64,000 nucleotides of DNA. It comes from Patescibacteria group bacterium (GTDB lineage: Bacteria; Patescibacteriota; Patescibacteriia; Patescibacteriales; WJLG01). The position numbers and the translations under genes are program-made. The stretch spans positions 13,409 to 77,408 of the forward strand of contig JBAZHE010000002.1 of NCBI GenBank assembly GCA_041652555.1, in the 5' to 3' direction. Below the pieces are notes generated by a model. That model worked only from the letters and a program-made list of their open reading frames with translations, did not search any database and was not told the DNA's origin. Shown here piece by piece: positions 41,552 to 51,201 of this stretch. The first letter of the stretch is position 1. The number at the start of each line of letters is the position of its first letter.

Positions 41552-41662
41552 TTTAAGGGGGTTTTAACTCCCTTTTCTTTTTTCTTGACTTTTCTGCGGA
41601 TTTTGTTATAATGTATAACAGCTTGAAAGAGCTGTTTTTATTTATAAGTTTTTCTTAAAAAT

Positions 41663-41971
41663 ATGGCTAAAATTGCTGTTATTTTGGCTGGCGGTAAACA
41701 ATACGTTGTTTCAGCTGGACAAGAATTAAAAATTGAAAAGATTGAAAAAGAAGTCGGCGACAAAATAAAGCTCGAAGCTCTTTTGGTTGCTGATGACGCA
41801 AAAGTTTCTCTTGGTAAACCATCTTTGGGCGAAAAAGTTGAAGCTGAAGTTGTTGAACAAGGACGATCTAAAAAAGTCTCTGTAATGAAGTTTAAAAGCA
41901 AGGTTAGATATCGCCGCAACGTCGGCCATCACCAGGCTTTTACAAAGGTGAAAATAAACTCTATCGCATAA
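41663..41971 (+). CDS. rplU: 50S ribosomal protein L21
   Basis: GGKQYVV and KFKSKVRYRR..GH.Q.FT; upstream promoter TTGACT-16-TATAAT at 41585-41612. Confidence 0.97.
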   Translation: MAKIAVILAGGKQYVVSAGQELKIEKIEKEVGDKIKLEALLVADDAKVSLGKPSLGEKVEAEVVEQGRSKKVSVMKFKSKVRYRRNVGHHQAFTKVKINSIA

Positions 41972-41979
41972 TAGATTTA

Positions 41980-42020
41980 AAATAAAATCAGCCCAGATTA
42001 ATCAGGGCTGATTTTATTTT
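41980..42020. terminator. Bidirectional terminator between rplU and recR
   Basis: aaataaaatcagccc...gggctgattttattt. Confidence 0.85.
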
Positions 42021-42615
42021 AAACTTCACTTCTATTTTTTAGAGCATTGTTTATGGTCATTTCGTCGGCGTATTCAATGTCAGAGCCCATGGCTAGGCCA
42101 CGAGCTAGTCGGGTGATTTTTACTTTTTCTTCTTTTAATATTTTAGCTAAATAAAGAGAAGTTGTTTCACCTTCTATCGTAGGTGAGAGTGCTAAAATTA
42201 TCTCTTTAATTTCGCCATTGCGTATACGTTTAATTAAAGCGGCGATGTTCGTTTTGTCGACATCAATACCCTCTTGTGGCCTTAAATTGCGTCCTAAAAG
42301 GAAATAAAGGCCATTATAGCGTTTGCCAGACTCAATGGCAAGCATTTCCGGTTGAGTAGCAACGACGCAAATTGTGCCTCGGTCTCTATTTCGATCAGCG
42401 CAGATTTTACAGACTAAAGATTCGGATATAGAAAGGCAAGATTGGCAAATTTTTAAATCTTTTTTTAAATTAGCAACATCGCCTGACAGTTTAGCTAAAA
42501 ATTCTTTAGGCTGTTTTAATAAATAAAAAACATAACGTTGAGCGGTTTTTGGCCCGACGGTTGGTAGTTCCGATAAGTCATTAATTAAATTTTGAATATT
42601 TTTAGGAAACTGCAT
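42019..42615 (-). CDS. recR: Recombination protein RecR
   Basis: LPTVGPKTAQR, C4 zinc finger, EGETT and RLARGL...EYADE; start ATG at 42615. Confidence 0.97.
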   Translation of the reverse strand: MQFPKNIQNLINDLSELPTVGPKTAQRYVFYLLKQPKEFLAKLSGDVANLKKDLKICQSCLSISESLVCKICADRNRDRGTICVVATQPEMLAIESGKRYNGLYFLLGRNLRPQEGIDVDKTNIAALIKRIRNGEIKEIILALSPTIEGETTSLYLAKILKEEKVKITRLARGLAMGSDIEYADEMTINNALKNRSEV

Positions 42616-42655
42616 GCTTAGCTTCAAGACTTTAATTTAAGATGATTAATAATTT

Positions 42656-42703
42656 GCCTGCCCTGACTCGTAGTGAGTCTTGTCGAACTAGCTTGTTGAA
42701 GGG
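42656..42703 (+). repeat. Nested REP-like elements (TGAG...GTCGAA family)
   Basis: GCCTGCCCTGA[CTCGTAGTGAGTCTTGTCGAACTA]GCTTGTTGAAGGG. Confidence 0.55.
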
Positions 42704-42715
42704 ATGATTGAAGAT

Positions 42716-42991
42716 TTAACCTAATCCTGGGATTCCGCCCATGCCTTTCATTTTTTCGGCCATGGCGCGCTGGGCTTTTTTAATAGTTTCATTAAAAATA
42801 TCCGGTAACCTTTTTTCCAGTTCTTCTTTGGACATTTCTTTTTCCAAAGTAATCGTTTTAACATTCATGTTGCCGTCCATAGTAATCTTAATCCCATTTC
42901 TTTCCTCGTTAATCATTACGCCAGATAAGGCGCTTTGAATGTTTTTGGCCTGACTACGCAGATCTTTGAGTTGTTTTAATTTTTCAAACAT
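42716..42991 (-). CDS. ybaB: YbaB/EbfC nucleoid-associated protein
   Basis: QAK.IQ..L...IKITMDGN; canonical position upstream of recR. Confidence 0.88.
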   Translation of the reverse strand: MFEKLKQLKDLRSQAKNIQSALSGVMINEERNGIKITMDGNMNVKTITLEKEMSKEELEKRLPDIFNETIKKAQRAMAEKMKGMGGIPGLG

Positions 42992-43010
42992 ATTTTATTT
43001 AGTTAGTTAT

Positions 43011-44405
43011 TTAAAATTCAGGTGGCGCCTCTCCCTGGTCATGTTTAGAAATATTTTTAAAACTGGTCATTTCAGAATCAAAATAGAGATCAACTTTACC
43101 GGTTGGGCCGTTGCGGTGCTTGGCGATATAGATTTGCGTTAAATGTTTTTCTTCTTCGGTTAGCTCATCAAAAGAATAATGTCGATCAGCGGCTTTGCGA
43201 TAAATAAACATTACCACATCGGCGTCTTGTTCGATAGAGCCGGAGTCGCGCAAGTGTGACAAGCGAGGAATAGCTGGTTTTTCCGCTTCGGCCGCACGAG
43301 ACAGCTGAGAAAGAGCTAGTACGGGAACATTAAGTTCGCGAGCAATGCCTTTTAGACCGCGGGAGATTTCCGCTACTTCTTGAACGCGGTTGTCGCCGTA
43401 TTTTCCTCGGCCTTCCATTAATTGTAAATAATCAATTACGATTAAACCCAGCCCCTTTTCCAGTTTTAAACGGCGCGCTTTGGCGCGGATGTCCATTACT
43501 GTGGAGGCGGAGGAGTCGTCTATGTAAATAGAGGCTTCTGATAATTGTCCCATGGCTTCGCCGATGCGGGAAAAATCATTTTCACTGTCGTGGTCGGAAA
43601 GATTTCCGGTGCGCATTTTCCATAAAGAAACGCCAGCCTGTGCACAAAGCATTCTGTCCACAAGCTGTTCCTTACTCATTTCCAGAGAAAAGATGCCGAC
43701 AGTCTCTTTAGTTTTAACAGCGGCTTGGCGGGCAATATCCAAAGCCAAAGAGGTTTTTCCTACTGAAGGGCGGGCAGCGAGAATTATTAAGTCTGATTTT
43801 TGCAGGCCGGCCAAAAGATTATCAAGATCAGGATAGCCGGTTGGCAAGCCACGCAATTTTCCGCCTTGTTTATGCAGTTCATCTATTCTTTCAAAGGCTT
43901 GAGCAAGCAAACTGTCAATCGGCAAAAAGGCGCCACGCGAATAATTTTGTGAGATTTCAAAAATCTTTTTTTCCGTTTCATCCAAGATGATATCAATGTC
44001 ATCTTCTTCGTTAAAACTTAATTCAGAAATTTCCGCCGCGGCTGAGGCTAAGCGCCTTAAAGTCGCTTTGTGGCTGATTATTTTGGCGTAGTTATCAGCA
44101 TTAGAGGCGGTGGAAACAAAGTTTGATAATTGTGCTAGATATGTTCGTCCGCCAACGGCTGTTAATTGATTTTTTGATTCTAATTTATTAGACAGAGTCA
44201 AAATATCTATCGGCTCTTGTTTGGCAAAAAGATCGCGGGCTGTCTGAAAAATTATTCGATGCGTGTCTTTGTAGAAATCTTTTTCTGAAACGATATCTAT
44301 TATTTTGACAATAGCATTTTTGTCTAACAAAAGACAAGAAAGCAGTGATTGTTCAGCTTCAATGTTTTGTGGCGGTAATTTACCAATATTTTCTTGTCCA
44401 GGCAT
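43011..44405 (-). CDS. dnaB: Replicative DNA helicase DnaB
   Basis: PPQNIEAEQS, AARPSVGKT, IDYLQL, LRDSGSIEQDAD and KHRNGPTG; start at 44405 is supported by the promoter. Confidence 0.98.
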   Translation of the reverse strand: MPGQENIGKLPPQNIEAEQSLLSCLLLDKNAIVKIIDIVSEKDFYKDTHRIIFQTARDLFAKQEPIDILTLSNKLESKNQLTAVGGRTYLAQLSNFVSTASNADNYAKIISHKATLRRLASAAAEISELSFNEEDDIDIILDETEKKIFEISQNYSRGAFLPIDSLLAQAFERIDELHKQGGKLRGLPTGYPDLDNLLAGLQKSDLIILAARPSVGKTSLALDIARQAAVKTKETVGIFSLEMSKEQLVDRMLCAQAGVSLWKMRTGNLSDHDSENDFSRIGEAMGQLSEASIYIDDSSASTVMDIRAKARRLKLEKGLGLIVIDYLQLMEGRGKYGDNRVQEVAEISRGLKGIARELNVPVLALSQLSRAAEAEKPAIPRLSHLRDSGSIEQDADVVMFIYRKAADRHYSFDELTEEEKHLTQIYIAKHRNGPTGKVDLYFDSEMTSFKNISKHDQGEAPPEF

Positions 44406-44430
44406 AAAGATTAGAAAGTTTAATAGACTT

Positions 44431-44459
44431 ATTATAAGCGAGACCGCCAGCTTTGGCAA
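44431..44459 (-). promoter_or_regulatory. dnaB promoter
   Basis: Minus-strand TTGCCA, 17-nt spacer, TATAAT. Confidence 0.7.
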
Positions 44460-44636
44460 GGCGCGTTTCTTGTGCGTTAACTGTTGAAAAAGGCCATAAA
44501 AACTAGAAAAATACCCCCTTGTCAAAGTTAAAATTATTTGTTATTGTTTAAATTAAAGAAAAATCTCCTTTTGGAGTTTATTTTTTTGTTAAAATAATTG
44601 ACAATTGTTAATCAAAGATTGATAATTAAATTAAGA

Positions 44637-44709
44637 GCGCCCATAGCTCAGCTGGTAGAGCAACTCCCTTTTAAGGAGATGGTCACAGGTTCGAATCCTG
44701 TTGGGCGCA
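44637..44709 (+). tRNA. tRNA-Lys(UUU)
   Basis: GCGCCCA/TGGGCGC acceptor stem, anticodon loop CTTTTAA, GGTTCGAATCC T-arm; CCA not encoded. Confidence 0.96.
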
Positions 44710-44740
44710 CAATTGAAGATTGATAATTGATAGTTTTTTT

Positions 44741-44813
44741 GCCACCCTAGCTCAGCTGGTAGAGCAACAGTTTTGTAAACTGTGGGTCGTCGGTTCGAAC
44801 CCGACGGGTGGCT
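44741..44813 (+). tRNA. tRNA-Thr(UGU)
   Basis: GCCACCC/GGGTGGC acceptor stem; ACAGT-TTTGTAA-ACTGT anticodon arm; GGTTCGAACCC. Confidence 0.97.
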
Positions 44814-44962
44814 CATTTCAAAATACGAATTACAAAGTTCGAAGTTCTAATTTATACTAGACGGGTTGCCCCCGTTTTTTGTTTGTTTAGTAAATTTTAT
44901 TTGACAACCTTATTATTTTATTCTAATATTATCGTAAGAATATTTTTTAATATTAGCCGATA

Positions 44963-47044
44963 ATGTTTAGATTTTTTTATAAATTTTTTGCCTTTTTTAT
45001 ACTATTTTTTTTCGGTTTTTTGTTGCCTACAAAAAGCCAGGCTTTTGTTGGCCGGGCGCAGGATACATATCCCAAGCTGGCTAATTATTATTTGCGTTGG
45101 GAAATTCCCGATACCGATGTTAATGATTTGTCTAAATGGGATCTTTTGATTCTTGATATGGAGGTTCAACATAATAGTTTGAATAATTTGCGTCGTTTGC
45201 GCCAGCTTAATCCGAATATTTTAGTTGCTTCTTATATCACTTCTGAAGAAATAAAAACTGATCTTTGGGATAGTCGTTATTCGGAATTGAGATCAAAGAT
45301 TTTGCCACAGGTTAATAATTGGTGGCTCAAAGATCCAAGTGGCAACCGAACATCTTTTTGGCCGGGGACATATATGCTTAATGTGGCCGCTAATTCAAGT
45401 GGACAAGATTGGAATGAATTCTTGCCGTCTTTTGTTAATCAAGAAATTCTTTCTACTGGGCTTTGGGATGGAGTTTTTTATGATAATCTTTTTGGTGATA
45501 TTTCTTGGTTTAATAGTGGCAATCTTGATTTTAATAATGATGGAAAAAGAGATGATGTGACGACAATAAATAATGCTTGGCGTCAGGGGAATATTAAAAT
45601 ATTATCTACTAGCGTTAATATTTTTGGCAGTAATTATTTAGTTTTGGCCAATGCTAATTGTATACCATCCTCATATACGCAAAGCTTAAACGGTTTTATG
45701 ACTGAAAGTTTTTCTGCTTCAGCTTGGACAAATTCTATGAAAGCTTATGTTGACACAAACAATCTTCGTCAGCCAGAAGTAATGGTTATTAATGCTAATA
45801 TGAATAATGGTTGGGATAGCACTAATTATCGCCGTCTGCGCTTTTCTTTTGGCTCGGCTTTATTGGGGGGTGGTTATTTTTCTTTTGATTATGGTACGGA
45901 GAATCATGGGCAGACTTGGTGGTATGACGAATATGACACGGTTTTGGGCAAAGCAGTTTCGGCACCTGTAAATATTTTAGACAAAAATAATAAAGATTGG
46001 AAAAAAGGTGTTTGGCGTCGAGATTTTGAAAACGGTATTGTTGTGGTTAATTCTACTGATCAAAATCAAAATTATGTTTTTTCTAATGAGGCATTTAGCA
46101 AGATTAGCGGTTCGCAAGATAGAGTTATAAATAATGGTTCTCGGGTTAATATGGTTTCTGTGATGGGGCAGGACGCGATTGTTCTTTTGGGAAACTTATC
46201 AGAAAGAAAATTGCCATCCGCTGCTCCAGTAGTCGCTCCAGCCTCTACGCCGTCGTCAGCTAGTTTTGTTATTAAAAATAGTGCTTTTACCAATGGTGCT
46301 TTTTATCGGGTTTTTAATTCTTCTGGTTCGCAAAAACAAAGTGGATTTTTTTCATATAGTGATAAATATCCAGCTGGTTCACAGGTTATTGCTACTGACA
46401 TAGATAATGGTGGGCATGAGGAGATTTTGGTTAATTATAATGGTGTCATCAGCGTTTATCGCAACGGAATTTTGTTACGCTCTTTTAAGCCTTTTGATGA
46501 AAAATTTAAAGGCGATGTTTCTTTGGCTGTGGCTGATTTGAATGGTGATGCAACTAAGGAAATAATTGTTGGTGCTGGCACTGGCGGTGGTCCGCAGGTG
46601 CGAGTTTTTGATGGAAACGGCAAACCTTTGACTGGCGGATTTTTTGCTTATGACCGCGCTTTTCGTGGCGGTGTAAATATTGCCGTAATGGATTTGAATG
46701 GTGATGGTACTAAAGAAATAATTACTGGTGCCGGAAACGGTGGCGGTCCGCACGTGAGAATTTTTTCTAAAGACGGAAAGGAATTGGGCGGATTTTTTGC
46801 TTATGATAAAAATTTACGCAGTGGCGCAGTTGTTACAGTTGGTAATGTTGATGGAATAGGGGATAAGGAAATAATCACTGCCACCAGAAACAGTTCTGAA
46901 ATAAGAATTTTTGATAAAACCGGAAAATTACTTAATCGTTTTAATGCTTACGAATCAGCAGTATCCGGGGGAATGAAAATCTCCACGGCCGATATTGACA
47001 ATGACGGCACCGAAGAAATTTTAACCGGAAATGTTAATTTTTAA
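44963..47044 (+). CDS. Secreted putative glycoside hydrolase (TIM-barrel-like) with C-terminal FG-GAP/VCBS repeats
   Basis: WDGVFYDN, WYDEYD and WRRDFENGIVVVN; repeated DLNGDG.KEII.GAG.GGGP.VR.F. Confidence 0.8.
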   Translation: MFRFFYKFFAFFILFFFGFLLPTKSQAFVGRAQDTYPKLANYYLRWEIPDTDVNDLSKWDLLILDMEVQHNSLNNLRRLRQLNPNILVASYITSEEIKTDLWDSRYSELRSKILPQVNNWWLKDPSGNRTSFWPGTYMLNVAANSSGQDWNEFLPSFVNQEILSTGLWDGVFYDNLFGDISWFNSGNLDFNNDGKRDDVTTINNAWRQGNIKILSTSVNIFGSNYLVLANANCIPSSYTQSLNGFMTESFSASAWTNSMKAYVDTNNLRQPEVMVINANMNNGWDSTNYRRLRFSFGSALLGGGYFSFDYGTENHGQTWWYDEYDTVLGKAVSAPVNILDKNNKDWKKGVWRRDFENGIVVVNSTDQNQNYVFSNEAFSKISGSQDRVINNGSRVNMVSVMGQDAIVLLGNLSERKLPSAAPVVAPASTPSSASFVIKNSAFTNGAFYRVFNSSGSQKQSGFFSYSDKYPAGSQVIATDIDNGGHEEILVNYNGVISVYRNGILLRSFKPFDEKFKGDVSLAVADLNGDATKEIIVGAGTGGGPQVRVFDGNGKPLTGGFFAYDRAFRGGVNIAVMDLNGDGTKEIITGAGNGGGPHVRIFSKDGKELGGFFAYDKNLRSGAVVTVGNVDGIGDKEIITATRNSSEIRIFDKTGKLLNRFNAYESAVSGGMKISTADIDNDGTEEILTGNVNF

Positions 47045-47067
47045 TTAATTTGTTATAATAAATCTAT

Positions 47068-48946
47068 ATGACTAAAGAAAAAATTAAAAAGAATCAAGGA
47101 GAGAAGTTTAGTGCTGAGCAGGGGAATATGGAGATTGTTCCTACTGTTAAGGAAATAGAAAAAGAGCCGTCGATTATTAGGAAGAGCGGTAATGTTTTTA
47201 TTGGTACGCTTAACTTGGTGGCTAATCCTGTTAAATCGCACATCAAGAAGCGTCATGAAAAATTTTATAAGGATAGCAAATTTCATTTAGCAGCTGATGT
47301 TTTGTTTGTTTTGGGAATTTTGGTTTTAGCTGCTGTTTTTGTTATTATTTGGAATTTTCAACCAAAAGCTCAAATATTTTTAACAAGCTCTTTGGCTGGT
47401 ACTCAGGCGCAAAGCGGACAGGCCGTAGCTCTGGAAGTTGAATATATAGAATAATGATAAAATATCAATCAAGAATGTTAAATTGTCGTTAAATTTCCCT
47501 AAAGATTTTGTTTTACTCTCGGCTTTACCAGAAGATATTTTTATTGATCAGACCAATACTTTTAATTTTGGCGACCTTGATCGTGGGATGGGTGGAACAA
47601 TAAAAATTATCGGCGTTCCTTATGGAGAAATTGGTCAGCGTCAGATTTTTAGTTATTCTTTGAATTATACTCAAAATGGTCGAGCAGAAAATACCCTAGG
47701 GTCTTTTGAATTTATTCTGGAATCATCTGCTCTGGCTACTGAAGTTTCTATTCCGAGTGAAGTTTTTGCTGGTATTGATTTTGGCGGAAAAATTATAATA
47801 AAAAATTCCGGCCAAGCTGACATTGATAAAAATATTGTAATAGCCTTTGTTGATTCTCCGTTCAATATTAAAAGTATTGCCTCGGAAGTGGCGACTTTAG
47901 TTAACAATGAAATTAGTTTGTCAGGATTAAAAGCTGGAAAGCAAGAAGAGATAATCTTTACGGCACAAACAGAAAAAGAAGGGGAGAGTGGATTTCTAAC
48001 TGAGGTATATTTAAATGATGGTGGTAAGAAATTCTTACAACAAGAGATTGATAAACGCTTAAAAGTTTCTTTGTCAAAATTTAAAACCGAGGTGAATGTT
48101 GATAAAAATATTATTAATGATGGAGACGCGGTTAATTATAAACTCTTGTTTACTAATAATGAAGAGGGTGAAATTAGGGATGTTTCTTTTTATATTTCTC
48201 CGGCCGACAGTTCCCTTTCTTTGAAAAGTTTAGACTTAAAAAATGGTGGAGAAAAGTATTTGTTTGATAATAATACGGTGCGTATTGGTGTTTTGCCAGT
48301 TGGAGAAAGTGGAGAGTTAGAATTTGAAGCGGTTTTGGAAAGAAAAAAAGTTAATCCCGAACAAGAGGCTGGTTTGGCTTTTAACTTGAAATATCGTGTT
48401 GGTGAAAAAGATATTAGTTATGTTTTTTATAGTCCAAAGATGAGAATTCTTTCTGATTTGCAAGTGTCTTCCAAAGGTATTTATTATAGCGCCCAGGGTG
48501 ATCAACTTGGTATCGGGCCGTTACCGCCAGCAGCTGATGTACCAACGCGTTATTGGATATTTTGGGAAGTAAATAATTTAGGTAATGAATTAAAAGACCT
48601 TGTTATTAGCGCTGACTTACCGGTAAATGTTGGCTGGACAAATCAGAAATCACTTTTAGCTGGAGATATTCGTTATGGCGCAATTAGTAAAAAAGTTATT
48701 TGGAATGTTGATAATGTTTCTCGTGCTGATGGAATCTATCGCGCCGGTTTTGAAGTTGAGCTAATCCCATCACAATCCGATATCGGAAAAATTCCTGACT
48801 TGTTAACTAATATTCAATATAGTGCCACCGACGTTTTTGCTAACACCGAAATTAAAGGTGAGCTATCAAATATTACCGCCGATCTAAAAGACGACCCAAC
48901 GGCCTCCGGCAAGGGGACGGTAGTAAATATGAAGATAATAAAATAA
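47068..48946 (+). pseudogene. Frameshifted membrane-anchored Ig-like (DUF11-type) protein, split into 47068-47454 and 47483-48946
   Basis: Removing one base at 47446-47449 joins LEVEY to NNDKISIKNVKLSLNFP; C-terminal GPLPP...TRYWIFW...N motif. Confidence 0.7.
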
Positions 48947-48951
48947 TAAGT

Positions 48952-49506
48952 TTATTTGGAATATTTTTTTACTAAAGTATCAACTTGAGCCAGGAATTCT
49001 TCCATTGTAGTGTTGTTGGTTATTTTTTCGTCGGCAGCAGCGATAGTTTCTACTATTTGTTCTTCGGTGCCAGCCTCTGAGTCTTTGGCAAATTCTTCAA
49101 AACTTTTTTCTGCATCTCCGGCGTTTTCATTGCGAGCGGTTAAGCGGTCGTAACGAATTTTGGTATCAGCATCAACTGCTATTAGGGTGAAATTTTTTAA
49201 ACGTTTCCAAGCTTCTACTTCGTCTTTATGGCGAATACCTTCAACAACAATTATTTTTTCTTCGGAATTTAAGACGCGCCAAATCAAGACGTCGGTCATA
49301 GCATAACGTCCAAACATCTCGCGTATTTTAGTACCGAGAACGGTTAAATTTTTTCTAGATTTTTCTATGTCGGCAGTATCTAATAGTTCACGTAAAAGAG
49401 AGGAGTATTTATAGGTTCTCGCTCCGTGTTTTTCGCTTAAATATTTAGCTACTATTCCTTTTCCGGAAGCCATTTCTCCAGTGACGCCAAAAATGATTTT
49501 GTCCAT
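48952..49506 (-). CDS. P-loop nucleotide kinase (dephospho-CoA kinase/dNMP kinase-like)
   Basis: GVTGEMASGKG, VVEGIRH and RYDRL..R. Confidence 0.8.
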   Translation of the reverse strand: MDKIIFGVTGEMASGKGIVAKYLSEKHGARTYKYSSLLRELLDTADIEKSRKNLTVLGTKIREMFGRYAMTDVLIWRVLNSEEKIIVVEGIRHKDEVEAWKRLKNFTLIAVDADTKIRYDRLTARNENAGDAEKSFEEFAKDSEAGTEEQIVETIAAADEKITNNTTMEEFLAQVDTLVKKYSK

Positions 49507-49534
49507 GTTTTTTGTATCTTGTTATTTTTTTAAA

Positions 49535-51130
49535 TTATTTATTAAGTTCTTTCTCGAATTTTTCTTCTAAGTTATTTTTCATATCTTCATGAAATTGTTC
49601 GTCGTAATTTTTTACTGCTTTTTTAATTATCCAACAGGAATTTTTTTCTGGGCAGAAACCGGTATTGAAACATTTTGGTTCAATATGCCAATTAAGCCAA
49701 TCCAAATCCATTGTTTTTAGCTTGTGGTTTATTTTTACAGCTTCGTCGCGGGTGACGCGGCGCAATTGTTCATCGGCGGTAGTGCAGAGACGCAAAGGGA
49801 AATAGCCGGCGATTAAATTGTAAAAGTTAACATCTTGCAAAACATAAATTCTAACGGCACGAGGGATGACAAAGATAGCATCATGCTCGGGAACTCCTAG
49901 GGAGATTAATTTTTTATAAGCATCCAAGGATTTTAAAACTGTTTGGGTGTATTTTTTTAAATTTGTTTGGTCGTTGGCGATTTTAGTTGGAATATTTAAT
50001 GTAGTATCAAGATTTTTTATTTGTTCCTCGCTTAAAGTATTATTAGAAATATTTTTGGATAAATCTTGCCAAACCGAACAAGCTTGTTCGGTTGCGTAAT
50101 ACATAGAATCAACCGTCATTGGCATGGTGCGATGGCGTTTTCTTTCTCCCCAAACGCGCCAAGACAAACGAGAAATCATTTTTATATCAAGAGCGTTTTG
50201 GTAATCGCGGGCAATTTCGGCGCGCTTATCAATGGCTGTTGCCCAATTTTTTATCATTGTTTCTTTGTCGGCGTAAATTGCTTCTAAATCTTTTCGTAAA
50301 GAATCCATTTTTTCTTTTAAGGATTTTGTGGCTAGAGAATTGATTGAGACTATTTCACTTTCAGTACTGTTTAATTTTTCTTGAGCTATTTCTCGAGCTA
50401 GATTGACAGTCTTTGGGTTTTTAAAAATATTTGGGTAAGGATAGGTTGTTCGTGGAGCTAGGGAGCGAGATTTGAAAAGTGAGTCAACACCCATTTTTTT
50501 AAATTCCGTCTCTATGGCTTCAATAAAGAATCCTATTTCTTCAGGCATCCAAGCTTTTTCTCGGTCATATTCTCTTTTTAAGGTATTAAAAGACTCAATA
50601 CTATAAGAAATAATGCCGGTACCGTAAACGCCGTATTGTAGGATTTTTGAAGCTTGGTCTTTTTCTATTCCAACCTCTAAAAGTTCGTGAAAAGTGTCTA
50701 GTATTTTTTCAGAAGCTTCTTTATATATTTCTAGAGCTTCTTTGTTTTTGGCAATAGTGGTTGGGTAAACAATATCTTCATAAGTTGAATCAGTGCGACG
50801 TCCAGAGGCCATAAGGGAAGAGGAAAAAACCATACCAGTTAGGGCTGAGTCAATCATTTTTGAGGCTTCATAAGAAAATGAAAAAACTGGTGTTGTCGCC
50901 ATTGAAGCGTGGCCTTTTAAAGAAGAGTTTTTGAGAATGGTTTTAACTTTTTTGGTCATGTCTTGGCCTTTTTCTTCAGCTTCTTTCTTGAGATTTTCAG
51001 CTGATTTTCCTTTAAACGTCAAAAGGGCACCTAGAGCGCAAATGCTTTCTGGATCAAGTCCGCCGTTTTCATCTGTTAGCACCGGGTTGATGCCAAGGAA
51101 ATTTATTTTGAAATCTTTGGTAGATAACAT
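49535..51130 (-). CDS. thyX: FAD-dependent thymidylate synthase, tandem-domain ThyX-like
   Basis: GHAS motif; RHRTMPMTVDS matches RHRx7S; LRLC; pyrimidine operon context. Confidence 0.8.
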   Translation of the reverse strand: MLSTKDFKINFLGINPVLTDENGGLDPESICALGALLTFKGKSAENLKKEAEEKGQDMTKKVKTILKNSSLKGHASMATTPVFSFSYEASKMIDSALTGMVFSSSLMASGRRTDSTYEDIVYPTTIAKNKEALEIYKEASEKILDTFHELLEVGIEKDQASKILQYGVYGTGIISYSIESFNTLKREYDREKAWMPEEIGFFIEAIETEFKKMGVDSLFKSRSLAPRTTYPYPNIFKNPKTVNLAREIAQEKLNSTESEIVSINSLATKSLKEKMDSLRKDLEAIYADKETMIKNWATAIDKRAEIARDYQNALDIKMISRLSWRVWGERKRHRTMPMTVDSMYYATEQACSVWQDLSKNISNNTLSEEQIKNLDTTLNIPTKIANDQTNLKKYTQTVLKSLDAYKKLISLGVPEHDAIFVIPRAVRIYVLQDVNFYNLIAGYFPLRLCTTADEQLRRVTRDEAVKINHKLKTMDLDWLNWHIEPKCFNTGFCPEKNSCWIIKKAVKNYDEQFHEDMKNNLEEKFEKELNK

Positions 51131-51133
51131 AAT

Positions 51134-51194
51134 AATGCTAAATGCTAAATGATGAATGCTAAATAAAATAATTTAGCATTTAGCATTTAGCATT
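51134..51194. repeat. Inverted heptamer arrays (AATGCTA)n / (TAGCATT)n
   Basis: Four units at 51134-51161 (one variant) and three reverse-complement units at 51174-51194. Confidence 0.9.
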
Positions 51195-51201
51195 GTTAAT
51201 T

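Noticed and set aside
44631-44816. 61-aa minus-strand ORF
   Set aside because: It is the antisense reading of two tRNA genes.
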